From Bacteroides sp. (GTDB lineage Bacteria; Bacteroidota; Bacteroidia; Bacteroidales; SM23-62): a stretch of 35,884 bases of DNA. Both the position numbers and the translations under genes were made by a program. The notes beneath the pieces are model-generated. The model was given only the letters and a program-made list of their open reading frames with translations, ran no database searches and was not told where the DNA came from. Positions 18,262 to 27,817 of this stretch are shown in pieces. How positions within the stretch are numbered: the first letter of the stretch is position 1; every line of letters begins with the position of its first letter. The stretch spans positions 1-35,884 of the forward strand of contig DAOUVF010000001.1 in NCBI GenBank assembly GCA_030667765.1, read 5' to 3'.

Positions 18262-19749
18262 CTAAGCTTTCCGCTTCCTGGTTTTTGTCTCAGTTGTAGA
18301 TTTACCGCTCCCCGGATCTGCTTTTTTCCTGCTCTTCGCCGTAACTTTGGTTGCCGTCTTTTTGGCACTTGTCTTTTTGGCATTCGTTTCCACGGCGGAT
18401 GGTTTCTTTGCGGCTGTTTTTTTTGTAGTACTATGCTCCCGGCCGGATAATAACAATTGTTTATTCAGCTCATAGATCTCTTCTTCATACCTGCTGATTA
18501 TGCTTTCCTTTTCCTCTATGATCCCTGTCAGGTTCGAGATCTCCTGTTCCACACCAGTCTGGGGAACAACTGCATTCACACGCAGGGTAAAATCACTGAG
18601 TACATTCATGTAGTTAATGAACGCATCATAGGGTGTATCATACGGATTGAAATAGGAATGTACCGCACCATCCGAGAAGAACTTTGTGCACATATAGTAG
18701 AAGTGGTCACTGACCTGGAGATAATCCCAGTCTTTTTTAAGTACCGGATCCTCAACTTTTTTCAGTTTATCCCTCAGGTCATAGAGCCGGTTAAACGCTT
18801 CTTCCTGCAATTCATTACCCAGCCAGGCAGTCAGGTCCCTTTCTTCATCTGCCCAGGAGATGGGATGTGGGACCTGCACTGCAGAGATGACCTGCAGGTT
18901 GCCGGCCACCTCTGATGGTGTACTGAAAGTAAAATCTGAGTTTGCAAATACAGTCTCAGGCAAAGCTTTCAGGAACTCAAAGATGCCGGTTTCCTCCCAC
19001 TGGTGTTCACCGAACGTTTCGTAATCCATGAACAGATTAACTGTTTCTTCATCCTTTCCGGTCTGATTTAACCAGGATACGTATTTTTCTGCCGTCAATG
19101 GATATTCTTCCCATCCCTTATTGGAGAAGCGGAAGGCAATATCATCACTCAGCTTGAAATTCTTAAGCAGCAGCTTTAATTTGGGATTAATTGCGTTGCA
19201 ATACAGGTAATTCGGGCTCTTCCAGCCAAGTATATGTTTTGCCCCTTCTGTCAGCATGGCCTTGTAGCCCATGCGCGATACCATAGCACCAATATCATCA
19301 GAGTAGATAAGCTCTGTATTTCTGAAAACTGTCGGGATCTGTCCAAAATGCTTCTCAATTTTTCCAACATGTTCTGCCACCTGGGATCTGAATTCATCTT
19401 CATCCTTCAGGGCCACCAAAGAATGGGCATTGGTCTCTGCAAGGAATTCCACACAACCTGTTTTTGCCAGTTTCCTGAAACTCTCCAGTACCTCCGGGGA
19501 ATAGAGTTCCATCTGGTCGATGGCAATGCCTGAAATGGACATGGCAATTTTGAACTTCCCGTCAAATTTCCGGATCAGGTCAAGTAATATCTTGTTGGCC
19601 GGGAGGTAACATTTATCCGCCACCTTCCTGAGGATACTTTCATTGGAATAATCGTCATAATAATAATGTTCATTACCGATATCAAAAAAACGGTACCTCC
19701 TAAAACGGAAGGGTTGATGAACCTGGAAATACAGACAAATTGTTCTCAT
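18262..19749 (-). CDS. GH57 family alpha-glucan-active enzyme with C-terminal coiled coil and basic Lys/Thr/Ala tail
   Basis: GH57 conserved regions are recognisable: YFQVHQPFR, GCVEFLAETNAH, FRNTELIYSDD and LFMDYETFGEHQ. The candidate nucleophile Glu and acid/base Asp are both present. The tail reads TTKKTAAKKPSAVETNAKKTSAKKTATKVTAKSRKK...TRKRKA. Confidence 0.8.
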   Translation of the reverse strand: MRTICLYFQVHQPFRFRRYRFFDIGNEHYYYDDYSNESILRKVADKCYLPANKILLDLIRKFDGKFKIAMSISGIAIDQMELYSPEVLESFRKLAKTGCVEFLAETNAHSLVALKDEDEFRSQVAEHVGKIEKHFGQIPTVFRNTELIYSDDIGAMVSRMGYKAMLTEGAKHILGWKSPNYLYCNAINPKLKLLLKNFKLSDDIAFRFSNKGWEEYPLTAEKYVSWLNQTGKDEETVNLFMDYETFGEHQWEETGIFEFLKALPETVFANSDFTFSTPSEVAGNLQVISAVQVPHPISWADEERDLTAWLGNELQEEAFNRLYDLRDKLKKVEDPVLKKDWDYLQVSDHFYYMCTKFFSDGAVHSYFNPYDTPYDAFINYMNVLSDFTLRVNAVVPQTGVEQEISNLTGIIEEKESIISRYEEEIYELNKQLLLSGREHSTTKKTAAKKPSAVETNAKKTSAKKTATKVTAKSRKKADPGSGKSTTETKTRKRKA

Positions 19750-19767
19750 TATATCATGATTAATTTT

Positions 19768-21051
19768 TTACACTAAGTTTGTATAAACTTCCCTGACCTT
19801 CCTGGCCGAATTTTCCCATTTCAGATTATCCACTTCTTCTTTCCCATATTTCTTGAAGGTCATGGATAAAGCTTCATAATTCAGAATTCCATAGATGGCA
19901 TCCGACATGGCATCTATATCCCAGAAATCGACCTTAATGGCATGTTTCAGGATCTCAGCAACGCCTGACTGATGGGATATAATGACCGGAACATTTGACT
20001 GCATCGCTTCCAGTGGAGAAATCCCAAAAGGTTCAGATACCGAAGGCATTACGTAAACGTCAGTCAGGGAGAACATCCTGTAAACATCATCCCCCCTCAG
20101 AAATCCTGTGAAGTGAAATTTATCCATGATCCGAAGGGAGGTCGCATGCCAGATCATCCTGATCATCATATCGCCACTGCCTGCCATCACGAAACGGACA
20201 TTGTCCATTTTCTGCAGGACTTTTTTGGCCACCTCGATGAAGTATTCAGGTCCCTTTTGCATGGTTATCCTGCCCAGGAAAGTGACGATCTTCTCGTCGA
20301 AACCCTTCTTTACAATGATATTTTCCTGCTGAACCACAGGATCTACCGCATTATACACTGTCACAACCTTATCGGCAGCTATCCCGTAATTATGGATCAC
20401 GGTATTCCGGGTCAGATTGCTGACAGTAATAACCTTATCGGCAGCTTCCATGCCCCTTTTTTCCATCTCATAAACCCCTGGATTCACATTCCCGCCACTC
20501 CGGTCAAAATCAGTAGCATGAACATGTACCACCAGTGGCTTGCCGGATACCTGTTTGGCCGCCATCCCGGCCGGGTAAGTAAGCCAGTCATGTGAATGGA
20601 TGACATCAAAATCCTGGGCAGCTGCAATGTCAGTTGCTACAGCTGCATAATTGGCAATCTCCTGGTATAAATTCACGCCATATCCTCCTGTGAACTCTAA
20701 CTTACCGCTGAAACGCACATTAACAAACTGCTTCTTCCCGCTTTTATCCTGCTCCAGCAAATTAAAATATTCCTCCGGATCGGTATAAGGAATAATGTTT
20801 GAATTAACCTCCATGAACCTGATCTTTTTCATAAGATCCTGGTAATGGATGTTTTGTTCACTAAGTACTATGTCGTTTGCACCGATAAGACGTAGTTTGG
20901 ACTGATCCTCATCACCAAATGCCTTCGGTACTACGAACAGGATGTCCATATCATCAAAATATGATAATCCTTTGGTCAGGCCATAACAAGCCGTGCCGAG
21001 GCCACCAGATATGTGGGGAGGAAATTCCCAACCGAACATTAATACTCTCAT
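19768..21051 (-). CDS. GT-B glycosyltransferase (GT4-like), putative alpha-glucan synthase
   Basis: MRVLMFGWEFPPHISGGLGTACYGL is a glycogen-synthase-like N-terminus. The EX7E motif SEPFGISPLEAM is present. The gene lies between GH57 and the debranching enzyme. Confidence 0.75.
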   Translation of the reverse strand: MRVLMFGWEFPPHISGGLGTACYGLTKGLSYFDDMDILFVVPKAFGDEDQSKLRLIGANDIVLSEQNIHYQDLMKKIRFMEVNSNIIPYTDPEEYFNLLEQDKSGKKQFVNVRFSGKLEFTGGYGVNLYQEIANYAAVATDIAAAQDFDVIHSHDWLTYPAGMAAKQVSGKPLVVHVHATDFDRSGGNVNPGVYEMEKRGMEAADKVITVSNLTRNTVIHNYGIAADKVVTVYNAVDPVVQQENIIVKKGFDEKIVTFLGRITMQKGPEYFIEVAKKVLQKMDNVRFVMAGSGDMMIRMIWHATSLRIMDKFHFTGFLRGDDVYRMFSLTDVYVMPSVSEPFGISPLEAMQSNVPVIISHQSGVAEILKHAIKVDFWDIDAMSDAIYGILNYEALSMTFKKYGKEEVDNLKWENSARKVREVYTNLV

Positions 21052-21063
21052 ATACTGGAGGAT

Positions 21064-23016
21064 TTATTCATTTTCTGTACTGTAATTCTTGATCATCCTC
21101 CTGATGCGTAACAGGGCAGCGACGCTCCAGGCCTGGGAGATGGCACCCTTTCCTTTATGTGGAGGATCCCCGTCATAGATTTCGGAGACAGATCCAATCC
21201 CATTCATATTCATATCTTCTTCAAATCCGTAATACAATTTTTTTACGAGGGATAAGCCGGTTGTTTTGTGGATCTTCAGGTAGGTGGCACAGAAATGTTC
21301 AAGCAACCATGGCCAGACCGTTCCCTGATGATAAGCCTCATCCCTGATCTCCTGTTTCCCCTCATAAATTCCCTTATATAAAGGATTCTTTGGTGAAAGG
21401 GTCCGTAATCCTTTGGGGGTCAACAATTCTCCCTCGACAACATCAAGTATTGATTTTTTCATCTCTGTACTGAGCGGGGAATGATCCATGGCAGCAGCAA
21501 TGATCTGATTTGGCCTGACGGAGATATCCTGTACCCCATTTTTCACGCAATCAGCCAGGTAGCCACCTTCCTCGTACCAGAATACAGGGACAAATGATTC
21601 TTCGATCATGGCGGGTATATCCTTCCATTCATCAATGAATTTCTTCTCCCCTGTTTTTTCGGCCAGTTCCAGGGCAAAACGAATACTGTTATACCAGAGT
21701 GCCGATATCTCCACCGGGTTTCCATCCCGCTGGGTAACCGGACTGTCATATACCACCGCATCCATCCAGGTGAGTGCTTTAAATTCCTCGCCGGCATGGA
21801 TCAGTCCATTCTCCTGCATATGGATATTGAAAAGGGTGCCTGCCCTGAAATGGTGGAGGATATGCTTGATATGTTTCCCGTATCTTTTCCACAGGTCATA
21901 CTCAGGATTATATTTGTGAAATTGCTGCAATGCCCAGATGAACCAGAGGGGTGCGTCTACTGAATTAAATGCTGGATCATCGTCGGTACCCATATTCGGG
22001 AATAATCCGTTTTTTAATTTTTTCACCATGGTATCGGCCACAGAGATGAAAGATTCCGGATCACGGATTGCGATGGTCAGTCCCGGTAAGGCGATAAAGG
22101 TGTCACGTCCCCATGTGCCGAACCACGGAAATCCTGCAACAACTTCCGTTTTACGATCTTGTCTTACAATGAATTGCTGTGCAGAATTTATCAGGCTATT
22201 ATAGAAACTTGTGCGTGGGATTCGCTTGGACAACTCACTGGTGTACTTCCTCTTGAGACTTGCTGTAGCTGCTTCCCTGGTGCTTGCCGAGAAGATGATG
22301 GTCTCGCCCTCCTTCATTCCCAGTTCAAAATAGCCAGGCACGAACAGGTCTTCCTTGTATGCATATCCCCGTTCCATTTCCTGAGGGTATTCGATGTTAT
22401 AATACCAATCCGGAACGTGCACATATTCAAGTTTCTTTGAGAATTGCATATACAGGCTCGGATATCCCTCGTACAGCTTTGAGACCACGCCATTGGCTGT
22501 CTTTCTTACTTTCGTATTGGCATAGAGGTTTGACTTACTCAGGGTGTGTGCATTCCTGAAGGCCAGGAAGGGACGGAATCTCATCCTGATCGGCCCCTGG
22601 CTCTCCACCAGCTGATATTTCATAAGGATCTGCTGTTCCCTCTCCACCAGGAGACTTGTCCTGACCAGCACCACACTCCCAACACGGTATGTAGTGCGGG
22701 CAATGGTTTCCGCTTCGAAATCCCGGACATATTTATGCCCTTTCGGCACAAAATTATCCCCTTCATATTTATGGATCCCCAGATTAAACTCCTGGTCTTT
22801 CTCAACAATGGTTGCATCCAGTGAGGATAGCAAAACATGTTTTTCTCCTTTGAACTGTTCCAGGGGACAAACCAGCAGGCCATGGTATTTCCTTGTATTG
22901 CATCCTACAATGGTCATACTGGCGTATGATCCGGCCCGGTTTGACCGGATGATTTCCCGGTTCAGGGAATACTCCAGGTTGATCAGCTGGCTTTTATCAA
23001 ATTTTATATAGCTCAT
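21064..23016 (-). CDS. Glycogen debranching enzyme, archaeal-type (N-terminal GDE domain plus amylo-alpha-1,6-glucosidase / GH133-like six-hairpin domain)
   Basis: 650 aa. N-terminal SNRAGSYASMTIVGCNTRKYHGLLV, and C-terminal GFPWFGTWGRDTFIALPGL...HQGTVWPWLLEHF...GSVSEIYDGDPPH. Confidence 0.85.
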   Translation of the reverse strand: MSYIKFDKSQLINLEYSLNREIIRSNRAGSYASMTIVGCNTRKYHGLLVCPLEQFKGEKHVLLSSLDATIVEKDQEFNLGIHKYEGDNFVPKGHKYVRDFEAETIARTTYRVGSVVLVRTSLLVEREQQILMKYQLVESQGPIRMRFRPFLAFRNAHTLSKSNLYANTKVRKTANGVVSKLYEGYPSLYMQFSKKLEYVHVPDWYYNIEYPQEMERGYAYKEDLFVPGYFELGMKEGETIIFSASTREAATASLKRKYTSELSKRIPRTSFYNSLINSAQQFIVRQDRKTEVVAGFPWFGTWGRDTFIALPGLTIAIRDPESFISVADTMVKKLKNGLFPNMGTDDDPAFNSVDAPLWFIWALQQFHKYNPEYDLWKRYGKHIKHILHHFRAGTLFNIHMQENGLIHAGEEFKALTWMDAVVYDSPVTQRDGNPVEISALWYNSIRFALELAEKTGEKKFIDEWKDIPAMIEESFVPVFWYEEGGYLADCVKNGVQDISVRPNQIIAAAMDHSPLSTEMKKSILDVVEGELLTPKGLRTLSPKNPLYKGIYEGKQEIRDEAYHQGTVWPWLLEHFCATYLKIHKTTGLSLVKKLYYGFEEDMNMNGIGSVSEIYDGDPPHKGKGAISQAWSVAALLRIRRMIKNYSTENE

Positions 23017-23172
23017 CGTATGTGTATGATTCTACAAAACCCTATTATTCAACAAGTTAATAAATTGCTTTGAGATTATCAAAAAAAGCTAACAAATATC
23101 TGAAATTCATATTAATATAACAATGCCCGGACAGCCTTTTTAATAAATTTTTCGTTATTTTTTTTTCACGAT

Positions 23173-23835
23173 GTGGATTTAGAAATATGTATCTTCGCAG
23201 GATTGGTGAAAAAGGCAAATTCATACGAGGCGGTAATCGGCCTGGAAGTCCATGCCCAGTTGAGTACAGAGAGTAAATTGTTTTGTTCTGACCCCAACCA
23301 GTTCGGCGCTGAACCCAATCAACATACATCGGTCATTTCGCTTGGACATCCGGGAAGTCTTCCCAGGCTCAATGGAAAGGTAGTTGAATATGCCATCAGG
23401 CTTGGATTAGCCACCCGGTCTAAGATCGCTCCTTCCCTGGCCTTTACCCGCAAGAATTACTTTTATACCGACCTGCCCAAAGGATACCAGATCTCCCAGC
23501 ATGAGGCTCCCATTTGCGAGGGCGGGTATATCCATATCCGTATGCCTTCCGGAAATAAAAAGATCCGTTTGATCCGTATCCATATTGAAGAAGATGCCGG
23601 CAAAAGCCTTCATGACCAGCAACCCGATGCCAGCCTGATCGACCTGAACAGGGCGGGGGTCCCCTTGCTTGAAATCGTATCTGAACCTGACCTTCGAAGT
23701 GGAGAGGAAGCACAGTCATACCTGGGGGAGGTCCGAAGGCTGGTCCGGCACCTGAACATCTGTGATGGCAATATGGAGGAAGGCAGCCTTAGATGTGATG
23801 CCAATGTATCGGTCAGAAAAAAAGAGCGAGACTAA
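23173..23835 (+). CDS. gatB: Asp/Glu-tRNA amidotransferase subunit B, N-terminal fragment (gene split by a frameshift)
   Basis: [13 protein letters not shown]..., [54 protein letters not shown]. It then terminates 4 codons after an A7 run. The start must be non-ATG (GTG 23173, TTG 23203 or GTG 23206). Confidence 0.85.
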   Translation: MDLEICIFAGLVKKANSYEAVIGLEVHAQLSTESKLFCSDPNQFGAEPNQHTSVISLGHPGSLPRLNGKVVEYAIRLGLATRSKIAPSLAFTRKNYFYTDLPKGYQISQHEAPICEGGYIHIRMPSGNKKIRLIRIHIEEDAGKSLHDQQPDASLIDLNRAGVPLLEIVSEPDLRSGEEAQSYLGEVRRLVRHLNICDGNMEEGSLRCDANVSVRKKERD

Positions 23836-24670
23836 ACTGGGTACCCGCACAGAGATCAAAAACCTTAACAGCATGTCGAATGTCAGGAAGGCAATCGAAT
23901 ATGAAATTAAAAGACAGATAGCATTACTCGATGAGGGAGGGAAGGTGGTCCAGCAAACCGTCAGTTATGATGACCAGAAAAATCTTACGTTCCCGTTGCG
24001 AAGCAAGGAAGAGGCAGAAGATTACCGGTATTTCCCGGAACCGGATTTAAATCCCATTATCATTGACCAAAAATGGGTATCAGAAATCCTGTCGGACTTG
24101 CCAGCACTTCCACAGGAGCTTTTCTTACGGTATACCACTGAATATCATTTATCAGAACAGGATGCTGGTGTCCTGGTTGAATCACCGGAGCAGGCTAGGT
24201 ATTTTGAAGCACTTGCTGATCAGACAGGAGAACAAAAGACGGCTGCCAACTGGATACTGGGACCGGTTAAATCATGGCTAAAGGAAAATCATACCCGGAT
24301 GGATGATTTCCCCCTGTCACCTGAAAAACTGGCATCCCTGCTGGCCCTGGCCAATGAGGGCAAAGTCAGCTATACAGCCGCCCAGCAAAAGATATTCCCT
24401 GAACTGATCCGGCAGCCGGATGCTAATCCCATGGCACTGGCAAAACAGCTGGACCTCATCCAGGAATCAGGTACGGAGGCCATAATGAAACATGTCCATG
24501 CAGCGTTAGATAAATATCCTGAAAAAATCAGGGAATATCACAATGGAAAGAAAGGCCTGGTCGGGTTATTTATGGGAGAAGTCATGAAATCCACCGGAGG
24601 CAAGGCGGATCCTTCACTGTCAAATAGAATGATCATGCAAGAATTGGATAAACGTAAAGAAGATGAATAA
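23762..24670 (+). CDS. gatB: Asp/Glu-tRNA amidotransferase subunit B, C-terminal fragment
   Basis: GatB homology resumes at about 23816 in the +1 frame ([33 protein letters not shown]...YRYFPEPDL...) and runs through the GatB/YqeY tail ([23 protein letters not shown]). The ATG at 23762 is only an ORF-track artefact start. Confidence 0.85.
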   Translation: MMAIWRKAALDVMPMYRSEKKSETKLGTRTEIKNLNSMSNVRKAIEYEIKRQIALLDEGGKVVQQTVSYDDQKNLTFPLRSKEEAEDYRYFPEPDLNPIIIDQKWVSEILSDLPALPQELFLRYTTEYHLSEQDAGVLVESPEQARYFEALADQTGEQKTAANWILGPVKSWLKENHTRMDDFPLSPEKLASLLALANEGKVSYTAAQQKIFPELIRQPDANPMALAKQLDLIQESGTEAIMKHVHAALDKYPEKIREYHNGKKGLVGLFMGEVMKSTGGKADPSLSNRMIMQELDKRKEDE

Positions 24671-25826
24671 AAACTTTTGGCTGACAGGTATTCTTGTCCT
24701 TCTACTATCCTGCAATGGTGAAAAAAGTACATTCAAAATCTCCGGTAACCTGGATAAGGGGGAAGGAATGATGATTTATCTCAAGGAGATGACCAGCACG
24801 GAGATGATCCATGTCGATTCCACCCTGATAAATGATGCTGGTGGCTTCGAACTGAATGGCCAGCTTCCGGAAAACAGGTTCTATGCAATTCATACACAGC
24901 CGGAGAGCTTTATTTATATCCTGGCCGCTAAAGGTGATAAGATCACCATAGAGGGAGATGCCCAGGCATTGACCAGTACATATACTGTGTCCGGTTCGGA
25001 AGATTCCAGGCTGATCCGGGAGTTGACGGAGGAACAGAATAAGGTACTGGCCCGGATATATCAGCTGAACAGAATATTTACAGACAGTGTGCATAGTCCG
25101 GATTTATTGGAGATTAAAGTGGGACTAGATTCTGTATACGATGGTATTCTTGAGTCGCATCGTGAATATACCTTCGCATTCATCGAAGACAACCTGCACT
25201 CACAGGCCAGTCTGATGGCCCTTTATCAGCAGATCGGTCCCAGGCATTTCGTACTGGATCCTGAAAATGATTTTAAATATTTTTCCATGGTCGACTCATC
25301 CATGGGCATATTGTATCCCGAATCGGATGCTGTCCAGGATCTTCACCGGCAGGTAGATGAACTAAAACAGAAACAGCGGCTTGAATCAATGTCCGCTGCC
25401 CGGCTCGAGGCAGGATCATCGGTCCCGGAAATTGCCCTGCCCAATCCAGACGGTGATACCATACTTCTCTCATCTCTCAGGGGCAGTTATGTTTTATTGG
25501 ATTTCTGGGCCTCTTGGTGTCCACCCTGCCGCATGGAAAATCCCAACCTGGTTAAGGTCTATGAGAAATACCATGACAAAGGATTCGAAATATACCAGGT
25601 TTCACTGGACAAGACCCGCGATGCATGGCTGAAAGGTATCAGAGATGACGGACTGAACTGGGTCCATGTCAGCGATCTGCAATATTGGAATTCTATAGTC
25701 GTCCCTGTTTACAATCTCGAAGGTATCCCGACGAGCTACCTGATTGACAGGAGAGGAAGGATCGTTGCCCGGAATCTGCGCGGCGGCATATTAGAACAAG
25801 AACTGAAACAAATATTTAATCCCTGA
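24663..25826 (+). CDS. TlpA-like thiol:disulfide oxidoreductase lipoprotein (DUF4369-like N-domain plus thioredoxin fold, CxxC intact)
   Basis: Lipobox LLLSC. The thioredoxin-fold motif is VLLDFWASWCPPCRMENPNL. The start overlaps the gatB stop by 8 nt. Confidence 0.82.
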   Translation: MNKNFWLTGILVLLLSCNGEKSTFKISGNLDKGEGMMIYLKEMTSTEMIHVDSTLINDAGGFELNGQLPENRFYAIHTQPESFIYILAAKGDKITIEGDAQALTSTYTVSGSEDSRLIRELTEEQNKVLARIYQLNRIFTDSVHSPDLLEIKVGLDSVYDGILESHREYTFAFIEDNLHSQASLMALYQQIGPRHFVLDPENDFKYFSMVDSSMGILYPESDAVQDLHRQVDELKQKQRLESMSAARLEAGSSVPEIALPNPDGDTILLSSLRGSYVLLDFWASWCPPCRMENPNLVKVYEKYHDKGFEIYQVSLDKTRDAWLKGIRDDGLNWVHVSDLQYWNSIVVPVYNLEGIPTSYLIDRRGRIVARNLRGGILEQELKQIFNP

Positions 25827-25829
25827 TAA

Positions 25830-26987
25830 ATGAGAAAATTCTCCTGGCTATTGCCGCTTTTATTGCTACTGTCCTGTTCCCGGGGCGAAAAGGTTGAGAT
25901 CACCGGCTTTATCGAAAACGCTGACAAAGGCATGATCTATCTTGATGAACAGGGAATTGGTGAGATCCGTCAGATTGATTCCGTCAGGCTGAAAAAGGAT
26001 GGCAGCTTCAGACTGAAGGACAGGATTGAAAATCCGACCTTCTACAATCTGCATACAGGTAACCAGCAGATCATTCCCCTGCTGCTCACACCGGGTACCT
26101 CAGCGGAAATACGGGCTGATATGCAGGATTTTATAAATGGTTATGAGATTTATGGTTCGGAGGAATCACTATACATTCTGGAAATGAACAGAACACTCGC
26201 CGTGACAAAGCGGCAGGTAGATTCCATTCGAAAGGTCCTGCAGGAGAATCCTGACGCGGATGAAGAATTTACCCGGGAGCTGGCAGCATCTTATGATGAA
26301 ATAATACAAGGTCAGCGACGATACAGCATACAATTCATTCTTGAGCACATTTCCTCCATGGCATCCATTTATACTCTGTATCAGAAAATTGACGATAATA
26401 ACTTTGTTCTCAACGAGAACCGTGATATCCAGCTGGTCAAGATCACCAGCGAGTCACTCGATACAATCTGGCCAGGCTCCGAGCATGTACAGGCACTGAA
26501 AAGGGATGCTGCCAACCTGGAAGAAAACCTCTATAGCCAGCGGTGGCGGCAAGTTGTAGAAACTGTTGAGTCTACGTTTCCGGAAATCAGGCTGCCTGAC
26601 CCCAATGGCGATACCATAGCCCTGTCTTCCTTTAAAGGAAAAGTAATCTTACTTTCTTTCTGGGCATCCTGGGACCGGGCAAGTGTATCTCATAATATCC
26701 CACTGAAAGGGATTTATAGCAGTTATCATTCCAGGGGACTTGAAATTTACCAGGTTTCCTTTGACAATGAACGGGAATCATGGGTTAATGCAATACAGTT
26801 CGACGAACTCCCCTGGGTCAATGTGAGTGAATTAAGTTATCCGGAATCCAGTGTGGCACATATTTATAATCTCGAGGAACTGCCTGTTGTCTTTCTGATT
26901 GACAGGAAGGGCGAGATCGTAGGAAAGAACTTCAACCGGATAGACCTGGATCGAAATATACAGAGACTGTTGAACGAACCATCCTAA
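25830..26987 (+). CDS. TlpA-like paralogue lacking the CxxC redox motif
   Basis: It has the same architecture and length as the upstream gene and its own lipobox (LLLSC). The equivalent site reads ILLSFWASWDRASVSHNIPL, with no cysteine. Confidence 0.78.
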   Translation: MRKFSWLLPLLLLLSCSRGEKVEITGFIENADKGMIYLDEQGIGEIRQIDSVRLKKDGSFRLKDRIENPTFYNLHTGNQQIIPLLLTPGTSAEIRADMQDFINGYEIYGSEESLYILEMNRTLAVTKRQVDSIRKVLQENPDADEEFTRELAASYDEIIQGQRRYSIQFILEHISSMASIYTLYQKIDDNNFVLNENRDIQLVKITSESLDTIWPGSEHVQALKRDAANLEENLYSQRWRQVVETVESTFPEIRLPDPNGDTIALSSFKGKVILLSFWASWDRASVSHNIPLKGIYSSYHSRGLEIYQVSFDNERESWVNAIQFDELPWVNVSELSYPESSVAHIYNLEELPVVFLIDRKGEIVGKNFNRIDLDRNIQRLLNEPS

Positions 26988-26990
26988 ACC

Positions 26991-27737
26991 TTGGCACCAC
27001 AAAAGAAAATATTTTTTATCTCCGATCTCCACCTTGGCATGTACCCGCAGAAGGAAAGCATGGAAAGGGAAAAATTGGTCGTTAAGTGGCTCGATGAGGT
27101 ATATGGCGAAGCATCGGAGATTTATCTTCTGGGGGATATTTTTGATTACTGGTTTGAATATAAAAAAGTTGTGCCACGCGGATTTACCCGTTTCCTTGGT
27201 AAGATTGCCGAGATCACAGATGCAGGCGTCACTGTCAATCTATTCACAGGCAATCATGACGTCTGGGTTTTTGACTACCTGCCACAGGAAATTGGCGTAA
27301 ATGTGTACAGGGAACCCATTACCAGGGAATATGGCGGGAAAAAATTCCTGATTGCCCATGGGGACGGACTGGGACCCGGACAAACGGGCTATAAAATCCT
27401 GAAGGGCATGTTTACCAGCAAGATACTGCAATGGATGTTCGCCAGGCTCCATCCAAACTTTGCCACTGGCCTGGCCCATCGCTGGTCCAAAAAAAGCCGC
27501 TCGGACAAAGGCGTCACCACAGAATGGCTGGGCGACGACAAGGAATACCTTGTTCGTTTTGCCCGTGAAAAATTAAAGGAAGAACACTTCGATTATTTTG
27601 TTTTCGGGCACCGCCATCTGCCCCTGACCCTCGACCTGAACGAAAAGAGTAAATTGTTTTACCTGGGGGACTGGATTGAAAATTTCACCTACGCCGTTAT
27701 TGAGGGTGACAGGCTTGAATTGAAGCATTACAAATAA
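26991..27737 (+). CDS. lpxH: UDP-2,3-diacylglucosamine diphosphatase (LpxH-type metallophosphoesterase)
   Basis: FFISDLHLG, LLGDIFDYWFEY, GNHD, AHGD, FGHRH. A TTG start at 26991 is required because there is no ATG before the DLHLG motif. Confidence 0.78.
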   Translation: MAPQKKIFFISDLHLGMYPQKESMEREKLVVKWLDEVYGEASEIYLLGDIFDYWFEYKKVVPRGFTRFLGKIAEITDAGVTVNLFTGNHDVWVFDYLPQEIGVNVYREPITREYGGKKFLIAHGDGLGPGQTGYKILKGMFTSKILQWMFARLHPNFATGLAHRWSKKSRSDKGVTTEWLGDDKEYLVRFAREKLKEEHFDYFVFGHRHLPLTLDLNEKSKLFYLGDWIENFTYAVIEGDRLELKHYK

Positions 27738-27817
27738 AGGTAAAACCAAGGTTCATACGAAATTCCCACACGCAACTTCTGTGGTAAAAACTTCGTCTAT
27801 AAATAAACCAACGTCGT

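Noticed and set aside
23811-23836. Programmed ribosomal frameshift at the A-rich site in gatB
   Set aside because: The required shift is +1 (or -2), not the -1 typical of A-AAA-AAG sites. There is no downstream structure or SD-like stimulator. A homopolymer miscall explains it more simply, so it is kept only as a low-probability alternative in the finding.
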